Below, one piece after another: positions 29,661 to 40,211 of a stretch of DNA of 64,000 nucleotides; positions within the stretch are counted from its first letter, which is position 1; every line of letters starts with the position of its first letter. Below the pieces are notes generated by a model, which made no database searches, had not been told where the DNA came from, and saw nothing but the letters and a program-made list of their open reading frames with translations. The stretch is from an uncultured bacterium (GTDB lineage Bacteria; Verrucomicrobiota; Verrucomicrobiia; Limisphaerales; UBA8199), in the NCBI GenBank assembly GCA_963749495.1, contig CAVVMW010000022.1, positions 160,001-224,000 on the forward strand. The letters are read 5' to 3'. A program made the position numbers and the translations under genes.

Positions 29661-32600
29661 TCATCGGATCCTCTCTTTCCTTTCCGTCGCCTCAATTTCC
29701 GCAAACGAGGGCACGCGCCAGAAGAGAAGGTCGCCCTGTGAGTTCCTGGCCGTGAGGTGGCTGCCGTCGGCGCTGAAAGCGAGCTGCCTCAATTGCTCCC
29801 CCGGGCGCTCCAGGGTGATCAACTCCTGCCAGGTGGCAACGTCCCACAGTTTGATCGCCTCCGCGCCTTCACCCGCCGTGGCCAGGCGCCGGCTGCCCGG
29901 CGAGAAGGCCAGCCCGAAAAGCGCCTGCCGATGCGCACGAAACTCCTTCACTTCATGCAGCCCGGGCATCTCCCAGACGTTGACCACACCTTGGATATTG
30001 GCTGCGGCCAGGAACCTGCCGTCCGGCGAGAAGGCGAGCCTATGAACATCCCCCGCAGGCGCGGACACGGTTCTGGCTTCGGATTGCTGCGTGAGGCTCC
30101 AGAGTTGGAGGGAGCCTGGCACATCGCCCACGGCTAACCACCGGCCGTCGGGGGAGACCACCGTATAGGTGTCTCCCCACCCTGAGATCGTCCACGACTT
30201 GTGCTGCTGCCAGTCCGCAGTGGTCCAGACATCGAACCGGAGTGTCTGCCCGACCAGGCCCCGGGCAGGGCGCCCCGACTCGACTCCTTCTTTCCAGTGG
30301 ACTACCACGAGAAGCCGCCCTTGCTCATCTTGCAGAAGCCGGTTTGCCGGCTCGGCCGCGCCGCGCAGAGCACGCAAGGGCTGGCCATAATCCAGCGACC
30401 AAATCTGGACATCACCGCTTTGGGTGCCCGCGAACAGAGCCTGTCCGTCAGCGGAGAACAGGAGGCAGGTGTTGTTGGTGCCCAACTCCGGGAGTTGGCT
30501 GGGCGGCGTCTGGCCTTGCGCCTCGCCCAAGTACACGGCCCCCTGGCGGAGAGCAGCGAACCTCTTGGCGTGCGGTGCCACCGCCACGGCATCCAGGCCC
30601 GCTGGCCTCCGCCAAAAGCCGGGTTTTGGCTGGGCCTGCTGGGCGTCGGCAGGCCAGCGGCGTATCGTCCCATCACTGGAGCCACTGAACAGCTTCAGCT
30701 TCTGCCCGTCTGCGGCAAAGCACAGGCGCCACAACATCCTCGGGAAGTCCGGCGAAAATTCGCCTCGGTTTTCTCGTGGGCACATCCCAGAGCCGAATCG
30801 TTTGATCCGCGGCGGCCGACGCCAGCGTTTGGCCATCCGGCGAGAACTTCAGCGCCGTAATCCCTCCCTGGTGACCCGCCAGTTCGTCCAGGGGCCGACA
30901 CGACGGAACTTCCCAAAGTCTTATGCCGGTTTCCGTGTCGTCGGCGCCTGTTGCCAGAATCTGGCCGTCCGGGCTGATGGCCATTGCGGTGATCGCCTCG
31001 CGGTGCCCGGGGAAGTAACGGGGTTTACTGCCCGGAGCCAATTCCCAAAAGCAAATCCGGCCGCCGACGCCGGGCTCGGACATGATGACGTTCCGGCCGT
31101 CGTGCGTAAACACCCAGTCCCATCCCTTTGGGATCCCGTTTTTCTCGGTCAGTTCACACACCTGTTTCCGGCTCGGGAAATCGAGGACCACGAGCCCTGC
31201 ATTCGTGGGAGGAAGCATGAGTGTGTACAGGAACCGTTTGCCATCGGGGGAGAAACCCATTGGGCCGACGGGACGCCCATCGATGATGGGCGCCACCCTC
31301 TTTCGCGCCTGCAGGTCCCAGACGGCTATGGCGCCTTCCGACTGCAGGGTCTGGTCGCAGATCAACAGCCAGCGGCTGTCGGGCGAAAAGGCGCCCCAAG
31401 AATACAGCGCGTCTTCCGCGGCAAAGGGGACTCGCTGGCCCGTGGTGAGGTCCCACACACCGCCCGCGCACCCTCGGGCACTCGCCAAAAGCCATCGTCC
31501 GTCGGCGGACACCTCCAACGAGCCAACGCCCATCTTAAGCTTGCCGATAACCGCTTCCGCTTCCGTTTGGCATTGTTGCCAAAGGTAACGCCACTCGAAA
31601 CCGCGGAGGTCAGTGGCCAATGGCGAGTGGCCTGTGGCGGGTGCTGAATTAGTGGGGCGGTACTGGTCCAGCAGCGCCAGGGCGCGTGCGGGGTTGTTCG
31701 CCTTGAGGGCCTGTTGTGCTGAGTTCATCGCGAGAACGTAGGCGTTGCGTAGCGCGGTCATCTCGCCAGTTTCGGCCCGGCGCCGCTCAAATTCCGCCCG
31801 GCGCCACATCCCCAGTACCCCGGTGAATCCCAGCACGAATAAGAGCGCCGCGGCAGCGGCCAGGCTCGCCATTTGCGGTTTACGCCGGCACCAGCGCCAG
31901 GCCTTGCCGGCCGGGCCAAGGGGGCGGGCTTGGATGGGCTCACCCGTAAGGAAGCGCGCGAGTTCATCGGCCAAGGCCCGCGCCGTGGGGTAGCGACGCG
32001 AGGGTTCTTTCTCCAAACATTTCAGGCAGATGGTCTCCAGGTCGCGCGGCACCGCGGGGTTGAGCAAGCGCGGCGCGACCGGTTCGGCGTGGAGAACGAG
32101 GTCGAGGGTTTGGGCCAGGGATTCGGCCTGGAACGGCGGACGCCCGGTCAGCAGGTGATAGAGCGTGGCACCCAGGGCATAGACATCCGTGCGCCGGGAA
32201 ACGCGCGCCCGCTGACCGGCGGCTTGTTCGGGCGGCAGGTAATGGGGCGAGCCCAGCACCTGGCCGGTCACGGTCAATTCCGAATCGCCCTCCAACCGCC
32301 GGGCCAGGCCGAAGTCCACTACGTGCGGCTGGTCCTGCGCGTCGATCAGGACGTTCGAGGGTTTCAAGTCGCGATGCAGGATGCCCCGCTCATGGGCGTA
32401 GTGGACCGCCTCGGCGACGGTTTTGAGATAGGTGGCAGAGCGCTCGGCCGGTAGCGGTTGGTTGCGCACGAGCCGCGCCAGGCTCTGGCTTTCCACGTAG
32501 TCCATCACGAAAAAGTGTTGTCCCTCGTGAATGCCGACTTCGTGTATGGCCACGATGTTGGGGTGGTGGAGACTCGCGGCCGAGACCGCCTCCGCACGGA

Positions 32601-32980
32601 ACCGCTGGATCAGCTCCGGATTGGACCAGGCCGAAGGCCATCATCTTGATCGCGACCACGCGGTCCAGGCTGCGTTGCCGGGCGCGATAAACCACCCCCA
32701 TGCCACCGCGGCCGATCTCTTCCAGCAACTCGTAGTCGCCGAACTGGTCGGCGATTTCCGGCTTGCGATTCCCGATGGCGGAAGCGTCGGCTGGGCTGGG
32801 CCCTCCGCCCTCCGGCCTCTGCCCTTTGACCTCCGACTCCTGTTCCTCCGCGTCCAGGTTCAGGGCTGAGCTGAACATGCCGTCGCTGGCCAGCAGGAAG
32901 AGGCACTTGGGACAGAACCCTTGCCGGGCGTCCCCAGCAAGGGGCGCACCACATTTCAGACACGTGTTCTGAGTAGTCAT
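29661..32980 (-). CDS. Ser/Thr protein kinase with N-terminal Zn ribbon, TM helix and WD40 repeats; frameshifts at ~32628 and ~30733
   Basis: CLKC...[25 protein letters not shown]; many FSPDG...W(D/E) repeats. Confidence 0.9.
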
Positions 32981-33112
32981 ATCGGCCCTGTCGTACTCTG
33001 CCGCTACTGTTAGTACCGGAGAAAACCGTGAGTCGGGACAAGGTTTTCTATTTCACCCCAAGGGCTGTCCGCCCTTGGCCGGGTCGCTCCGATCCGCAGC
33101 ACGACCTGTCCG

Positions 33113-33862
33113 TTACCCGGCCATCACGGCGCACAGATAGCGCATCTCTGCCTCAACCTCGGCCGGGTCGGCAACCGTTTGGGCAATTGCCTCGCGGAAC
33201 AGCTCGTAGTAACGGCGTCGCAAACGCTGGGCGGCCTTCTTAACCGCCTCGCCGGTCATGCTCAGCTCTGCCGCAACGTCAGCGTAGGTCGCCTGGCCCG
33301 TCTCGGGCACCAGGAACACGCGGAGTCGCTCGAACACTCCGGCCTTGCCCGCTTCCTGGCACTCCCGTTCCAGCCGCGCCAGCACGGTGTCCAACAAGGC
33401 CAAGGCCCAGGAGCGCTCGAACAGTTTGTCGGGGCTCCAATCGTCCACAGGTTCGAGCCAATATCGCTGTTCGGCCGCTTGGGCATCGAACGAAAGGATG
33501 GGGTGCCCCCCGCCGCGCTTCCGGGCATTGGCGCGATCGCGTTGGTCGGCCAGGAAATAATTCAGCCCGGCGAGCAGAAACGAGCGAAACCGTCCTTTGC
33601 TGCGCTCCACGCGCGCGAACGACTTGCTCTCCAGCAACTGGAGGAGGAAGCCTTGCGTCAGGTCTTGCGCGTCCTCATGGCCATAGCCCCGCCTGCGCAC
33701 GTAAGCGTAGAGAGGATACCAATAAGTGCGACAGAGTTGTTCCAGGGCGGCCGTGGATTGAGGCGTCCCCCGCTGGCCCGCCGCCAGCACCACGCTCCAG
33801 TGGGTGGTGGCAAATCCTCCCCCGTGCGCCTGAACTTCGGAATCTGTGTCTTCCGTCGCCAC
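33113..33862 (-). CDS. ECF sigma-70 factor (STK-associated type)
   Basis: FATTHWSVVL...ALEQLCRTYWYPLYAYVRR..DAQDLTQGF...GRFRSFL. Confidence 0.9.
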   Translation of the reverse strand: MATEDTDSEVQAHGGGFATTHWSVVLAAGQRGTPQSTAALEQLCRTYWYPLYAYVRRRGYGHEDAQDLTQGFLLQLLESKSFARVERSKGRFRSFLLAGLNYFLADQRDRANARKRGGGHPILSFDAQAAEQRYWLEPVDDWSPDKLFERSWALALLDTVLARLERECQEAGKAGVFERLRVFLVPETGQATYADVAAELSMTGEAVKKAAQRLRRRYYELFREAIAQTVADPAEVEAEMRYLCAVMAG

Positions 33863-33940
33863 GAGGCCATTGAACCAAATTCAGCGGCCATTGCACGCCA
33901 AATCTGGGCCGCAGCAACGACTGGAACGGCTGGGCAGTTG

Positions 33941-34219
33941 GACAATGTTGGATTTCCTGGGAAAAGTCGCCAGCGTGGTCAATCTTGTCCCGGAGGGACA
34001 CTTGACAATAGCCCAACGTTTCAACGTTGGGTTTAAGCGCCACGGGGGAATAAGTCCCGTAGGGACGGCTGAAAAAGACGGTTGAGTTCAGCCGTCCCTA
34101 CGGGACTTGACCGCCTCGGCCCCACCACCCAACGCTGAAGCGCTGGGCTATTCTCAGATGTCCCTCCGGGACAGGAATCGGGCACCTTCAGCCTGTTTCC
34201 GAGGAAATCTAACATTGTC
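33941..34219. mobile_element. MITE-like element, family C: TIR shell around REP hairpins
   Basis: GACAATGTTGGATTTCCT / AGGAAATCTAACATTGTC ends; inner GTCCCGGAGGGACA and GTCCCGTAGGGACGGCTGAA...TTCAGCCGTCCCTACGGGAC. Confidence 0.8.
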
Positions 34220-34306
34220 GAAGTAGGCGGGTCAGGTCCAAGCCTCGATGCAATGGCATCAATCGTCCCTTGCGCCGGACCATTGCACAACAGTGACTGT
34301 TCAGGT

Positions 34307-34454
34307 GTAACTGTTCAGGCTGGAATGTGGGGCAGACCTCTGGTCTGCCGGTTGGCCGGGCCTCTGGCCCGGAGGTTCGACGTTGAATGCGGCACGGAGC
34401 CGGAGGCTCCTTGAACCGGCAGGCCGGAGGCCTGCCCCACACCTGAACAGTTAC
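34307..34454. mobile_element. MITE-like element, family A copy 2, with an extra partial left end at 34293-34306
   Basis: Perfect 13-bp TIR GTAACTGTTCAGG / CCTGAACAGTTAC. Confidence 0.8.
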
Positions 34455-34557
34455 GCACAGCAATTGGGCCGGATTTAGGGGTGGTCCGGATTTGGATTTG
34501 ATTGGCCGGGCGATCTTTGCTTGGTTGGCGGGAGCATGAACACGAAACAGAAAGTCA

Positions 34558-36957
34558 ATGAAAGCCTTTATTGAAACTCGCGGTCTGGTCGCCGCCGCCG
34601 TTGTGGGCGCGACCCTCCTCACCTCCGGTCCCGCCTTGGCCGGCAAGCTCGAGCCGCAAGCTGCCAGGCGTGGCGGCAGTTCCGGGGCGCCGGCGCTGCC
34701 GGAGTTCGAGGGCGAGTTCGCCGGTGAAGCCCAGGCGCCGGAAGAGCCCCTCAGTCTCTGGTATCGCCGGCCCGCAACGGTCTGGACCGAAGCGCTCGCC
34801 ATCGGCAGCGGCCGTCTCGGCGCGATGGTTTTCGGCGGCATTAAGCGCGAGCGTCTCCAACTCAACGAAGACACTCTCTGGGGCGGCGGCCCTTACGACC
34901 AGAACAACCCGGAGGCGCTGGCGGCATTGCCCGAGGCGCGCCGGTTGGTGTTCGATGGCAGGTATCGCGAGGCCGACCAACTGGTGAACCAGAAAATGAT
35001 CGCCAAGCCGCGCGGCCAGATGCCTTACCAAACCGTCGGCGATTTGCTGCTGAGCTTCCCGGAAACCGACTCCGTGGCGAACTATCGCCGCGACCTGAAC
35101 CTGGACACGGCCATTACCCGCGTCATTTACTCCGCCGGCGGCGTGAAGTTCACGCGCGAAGTCTTCGCCAGCCCCGTGGACCAGGTGATCGTGATGCGCA
35201 TCACCGCCGACAAACCGGGCCAGGTTGCGTTCTCCGCGAGTTTCAAGACGCCGCAGCGAGCCTCCACGCGCAACGACGGGCCGGACACGCTCGTGTTGAG
35301 CGGCGTCAACGGCAAGGCCGCCGGCATCGAGGGCGCGCTGAAATTCCAGGCCCGCGTCAAGGTGATCGCCTCCGGCGGCAGAACCAGCGCCGACGCGGAC
35401 CAGGTTTCCGTGACCAATGCCGATTCCGTTGTGCTGCTCATCGCCGCGGCAACGAGTTACAAGAGCTTCAAGGACGTGAGTGGGGACCCGGACGCGCTGG
35501 CGAGGAATTACATCGGCGCCGCGAGCACGAGGTCTTTCGACGCCTTGCGCCAGGCCCACATTGCCGAACACCAGCGGCTGTTCCGGCGCGTTGAGCTGAA
35601 CCTTGGCGCCACCGACGCGATGAAGCTGCCCACCGACGAGCGCATCAAACACTTCGCGGGCGGAAAGGACCCTCAGCTTGCGGCCCTTTACTTCCAGTTC
35701 GGCCGCTACCTGCTGCTGTCCTGCTCGCGCCCCGGCGGGCAGCCGGCCAATTTGCAGGGCCTCTGGGCAGAGGGCATGGACCCGCCTTGGGGCGGCAAAT
35801 ACACCATCAACATCAACACCGAGATGAACTACTGGCCCGCCGAGACGTGCAATCTGGGGGAATGCGCCGAACCGCTCCTCCGCATGGTGGAGGACCTCAC
35901 CGAAACCGGCGCGCGCGCCGCCAGGATGCACTGGGGGGCCGGCGGCTGGGTCGCGCACCACAACACCGACCTCTGGCGCGCGGCGTCGCCCATTGACGGG
36001 CCGTGGGGGCACTGGCCCACCGGCGGCGCCTGGCTCTGCCAAAACCTCTGGGAACACTACCTCTTCACCGAGGATCTCGGCTTTTTGAAGCGCCTCTACC
36101 CGGCGATGAAAGGCGCCGCGCAATTCTTCCTCGATTCCCTGGTCGAAGACCCCAAGCACCACTGGCTGGTCACTTGCCCGTCGGCGTCGCCGGAACACGG
36201 CATCCCGGCTGGCGGCAGCATCTGCGCGGGGCCCGCGATGGACGAGCAAATCATCCGCGACCTTTTCGGCAACTGCATCCGGGCGTCGGAGATTCTCGGC
36301 GTGGACGCGGACTTGCGCCAACAACTCGCGGCCAGGCGCGCCCGCCTCGCGCCCAACCAAATCGGCAGCGCCGGCCAACTCCAGGAATGGCTCGACGATT
36401 GGGACATGGAAGCGCCCGACCGCCATCATCGACACGTCTCACATCTCTACGGCCTTTTTCCCAGCGCGCAGATTTCCTTGCGTGCCACGCCGGAACTGGC
36501 GGCGGCAGTGAAGAGGTCGCTGGAGATTCGCGGCGACAACGCCACCGGCTGGGCCATCGCCTGGCGGCTCTGCCTCTGGGCGCGCCTGCAAGATGCCGAG
36601 CACACTTACAAGATTCTCACGCTCCTCATCCGCCCCGACCGCACCTACCCAAACCTGTTCGACGCCCACCCGCCTTTCCAGATCAACGGCAACTTTGGCG
36701 GCGCCGCCGGCATCGCCGAGATGCTTCTCCAAAGTCACGCCGGGGAGATCGAGTTGCTGCCCGCCCTCCCTCAGGCCTGGCCCACCGGCTCTGTGAAGGG
36801 CCTGCGCGCCCGCGGCAACCTCACCGTGGACATCGCCTGGAAGGACGGCAAACTCGCCTCCTGCCGCCTCGCCTCGCCTGAGCCGCACCCGGTAAGAGTG
36901 CGGGTGAACGGAGAAGTGAAGACCGTTACGCCGGAGAGATTGGCAGAAACCAGGTGA
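34558..36957 (+). CDS. GH95 alpha-L-fucosidase-family protein
   Basis: [61 protein letters not shown]. Confidence 0.93.
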   Translation: MKAFIETRGLVAAAVVGATLLTSGPALAGKLEPQAARRGGSSGAPALPEFEGEFAGEAQAPEEPLSLWYRRPATVWTEALAIGSGRLGAMVFGGIKRERLQLNEDTLWGGGPYDQNNPEALAALPEARRLVFDGRYREADQLVNQKMIAKPRGQMPYQTVGDLLLSFPETDSVANYRRDLNLDTAITRVIYSAGGVKFTREVFASPVDQVIVMRITADKPGQVAFSASFKTPQRASTRNDGPDTLVLSGVNGKAAGIEGALKFQARVKVIASGGRTSADADQVSVTNADSVVLLIAAATSYKSFKDVSGDPDALARNYIGAASTRSFDALRQAHIAEHQRLFRRVELNLGATDAMKLPTDERIKHFAGGKDPQLAALYFQFGRYLLLSCSRPGGQPANLQGLWAEGMDPPWGGKYTININTEMNYWPAETCNLGECAEPLLRMVEDLTETGARAARMHWGAGGWVAHHNTDLWRAASPIDGPWGHWPTGGAWLCQNLWEHYLFTEDLGFLKRLYPAMKGAAQFFLDSLVEDPKHHWLVTCPSASPEHGIPAGGSICAGPAMDEQIIRDLFGNCIRASEILGVDADLRQQLAARRARLAPNQIGSAGQLQEWLDDWDMEAPDRHHRHVSHLYGLFPSAQISLRATPELAAAVKRSLEIRGDNATGWAIAWRLCLWARLQDAEHTYKILTLLIRPDRTYPNLFDAHPPFQINGNFGGAAGIAEMLLQSHAGEIELLPALPQAWPTGSVKGLRARGNLTVDIAWKDGKLASCRLASPEPHPVRVRVNGEVKTVTPERLAETR

Positions 36958-37014
36958 ACACCCACGCGCCGGGCTTGTGGCCGAACTTCCGGGCAAAGTC
37001 GAAGCACATCTCCA

Positions 37015-40000
37015 ATGCAATCGGTGAATCAGCGCTATGCTTGCTGGCTGGCTGCCGTGCTCGCCATTTCCGGTCCGGTCCTGGACACGCGGGCTGGGAC
37101 CGGCATTTTCTCGTGCGATTTCAAGGGCAAACTGGCCCCGGAATGGAAAGTGGCCGGCGGGAAGTGGGAGCTCAATGGCGAATGCCTGGCACAGACCGAT
37201 GACGGGCCGGCGGACCCGAAGAAGGCGCTGCTCCTCACGGGCAACCCCGAGGCGCTCTCGACCAATGTGATCGTGGTGGCCAAAGTGCGGATCGATTCTT
37301 GGCCCAAACAGAGCGATTCGCGCATCGGCATTACCGTCTGCTCCGACCCCGAGAGCGGGCGCGGATACAACCTGGTGTTCCACCAGGGCAGGCTCCAGTT
37401 CATGCGCGATTATGTGGCTTGGGGCGAAGGGGCGCCTTTCCCATACGAGAGCGGGAAATGGTATTGGCTAAAACTGCGCAAGGAGGCCGATGAGCTGGAA
37501 GGCAAGGCCTGGAAGGACGGGGAACCGGAACCAACCGATTGGATGGTGGCATGGAACGAGGACCAGGATGAGGCGCTCGGCTATCCCGGGCTCAATGGCG
37601 GCTCGCTGGGCGGGCCGGCCCGGCTGTCCTTCGCCGAGTTCCGAGTCGAGCGAATCGCCGGGCCGGAGGAGAGCAGGCGCCCGGAGAGCGCCGACCTGGG
37701 CCTGGACGGCACGTGGCAGGTGCGGCCTGAGTCGAAGGGCTGCATCGGCGTAGCCGGTCTGCGCCAGGTGGGGTTGCCCTCGGAAGGTTGGATGGCGGCG
37801 CAGGTGCCGGGAGAGATTCACCTGGACCTGATGAAGGCCGGGAAAATGCCAGACCCGGCAGCCGGTCTGAACATGCCCAAGTGCCGCTGGCCCGAGACGA
37901 ATTCCTGGTGGTATCGGACGGTGTTCGAGGTCGCGCCCGATTTCCTGCGCTACGAACGGCAACGGCTGGTATTCGACGGTCTCGATCTCTACGCGCAGGT
38001 GTTCTTGAATGGGAACCTCGTGGGCGAAGCGGCCGATGCCTTTGTGCCGGCGGCCTTCGACGTAAAGCGGTGGGTGCATGCCGGGCGCAACGAATTGGTG
38101 GTGCGCCTGACCGACGGCAGCGAACTGGTACCGGCGGACGCCGGCGGAAACTCGAGGACGTTCCAATGGGGCGGAAGAATCTGGCTCAGGAAACCGCAGT
38201 TCGCATGGGGCTGGGACTGGGTGGACGGGCTGCCGAACATCGGGATTTGGCGGAGCGCACGGCTGGAAGGCAGGCGGCGCGCGGTGCTGCACCAGGTGCG
38301 CCTGGATACCGTGCGGCACAACGGCCGGGTGTGTCTGGAGATGGAGGCCGTGTTGGAGAACCTGAGCCCGACGCGACTGCGGGCCTGCACGCTGGCGCTG
38401 GAGATTCAGCCACCCGGCGGCGCTACTCCGATCGCCAAGCGTTATCCGGCAGCGGCGCCCCCCGGGCGGATGCCGGTGCGGGACCTGATCGAGATCCCAG
38501 GCCCAAGCTCTGGTGGCCCAACGGCCTGGGAGAACAGCCGCTCTACCGGGTGGTCGCCTGCGTCACCGATGCCGCGGGCTCCGTCACTTACGATCGGCGG
38601 GAATTTTCGATTGGCCTGCGAACGATTGACCTGGATCGCCGCCCGCTGGCGCAGGGCACCCGGTTTTGTTTCCGGGTCAACGGCCAGGAGGTGTATTGCC
38701 GTGGCGGCAACCTCGGTCCGCAGGACCCAATCCTCGCCCGCGTTTCCGATGCCAAGTACCAAACGCTCGTGGCTGAGGCCAGGAACGCCCATTTCACCAT
38801 GTTCCGTCTCAACGGCGTCGCGGAATTCGAGGGACCGGCGTTCTACGAAGCCTGCAACCGGGCGGGCATCCTGATCTGGCACGATTTCATGTTCGCTTGC
38901 TCGGCCTATCCGGACGCGGATGAACGATTCATGGCGGCGGCGCGGGCGGAAATCGAGTCGGCCGTGCGGCTCTATCGGCACCATCCGAGCATCGCCCTGT
39001 GGAGCGCGGACAATGAATGCTACGGGAACTCGCCGAAACTGTTCGAGCAACTCATCCCGGACGTTTGCCGCCAACTGGACCCACGCCGTCCCTTTTGGCC
39101 CGGGAACCCCGCTGGCGGAAACCTGTCGGGCGACACTCATGACTGGTATTGCGCGTTTCTGACGCCCGGGGCCATCCCACCGGAGTTTCGCGTGCGTTTT
39201 GTGAGTGAGTATGGGATTCTGGGCCCCTGCCACCCGGACTCGATTCGCGCGTATCTGGGCGGCACGGAGATCGTCCGTGGCGATGCCGCCTGGCGGTTCC
39301 ACACCCAGGAGTGGGAGCGCGCCAACGATTTCGTCGGCAAGGGCATCCGGCTCAATTATGCCGACCCGGAGGGGTTGAGCGCGTCTGAATGGGCAACCTA
39401 CGGGCAGATGTGGCAGGCGATAATGCAGGGCGGGATGATGGAAGCCTTGCGCTTCCAAAAAGGGGACCCGGCGAACGATTGCGAGGGGGCGCTGATCTGG
39501 TCTTACACCGATTGTGTAGGCGAGACCGGTTGGGCGATTCTGGATTACTATATGCGCCGCAAGGCCGCCTACTATTGGTTTAGGCGGGCGGCGGCGCCGT
39601 TGAAGGTCCTGGTGCGCGAGCGGGGCGGGCAGTTGGAAACGCGGGTCGTGAACGACACTCTCGAACCGGTGAATGGCACCGTGGAAACAGGGTGGTGGCG
39701 GCTCGACGGGCGAGGCAAAGAGGTGACAGCGCATCGCCTCGCGATCGAGCCCAATCAGATGGTGAAGATTGCCAGGGAGCCGGCGCCGGCAGGCGGGCGG
39801 CACAATCCGAGCGAATGGCTGTATGCGGCCGTGCTGCGCGCGAAAGACGGCCGCGCGGCGGACCAGGCGGTGTGGCTCGGGGCGCCGTGCCGGAGGCTCA
39901 AGCTGGTGGAACCGCACATCGAGACGGCCCGGCTCGCGGATGGCTCTCTCGAGGTTTCGAGCGCCGTGTTCGCGCACGCGGTGCACACGGAGGACCATGG

Positions 40001-40118
40001 GCACGAATTGATCTCAGACAATTGGTTCGACCTGCTGCCCGGCGTGCCGGCGCGGCTTCGCGTGGTTGCGCCGGGCGGGGCCGAGGTCATCCATTTAGAG
40101 GCGGTGATGCCGAAATAA
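37015..40118 (+). CDS. GH2 beta-mannosidase-like enzyme with N-terminal lectin-like domain; frameshift at ~38503
   Basis: [67 protein letters not shown]. Confidence 0.88.
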
Positions 40119-40211
40119 GGCCTCAGTCTCCACGGAGATAACTGCCCCGCTTTGGCCGGGGCCGATGAAAAGGCGGCTCTTGGGCTGTCGGGGGCCGAAT
40201 CGGCGGGCGTG

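Noticed and set aside
34555..36435. Long antisense ORFs, e.g. 626 aa opposite GH95, 663 aa opposite kdpAB, 590 aa opposite the RND gene
   Set aside because: Shadow ORFs expected from GC-rich codon bias opposite well-supported genes; no recognisable motifs
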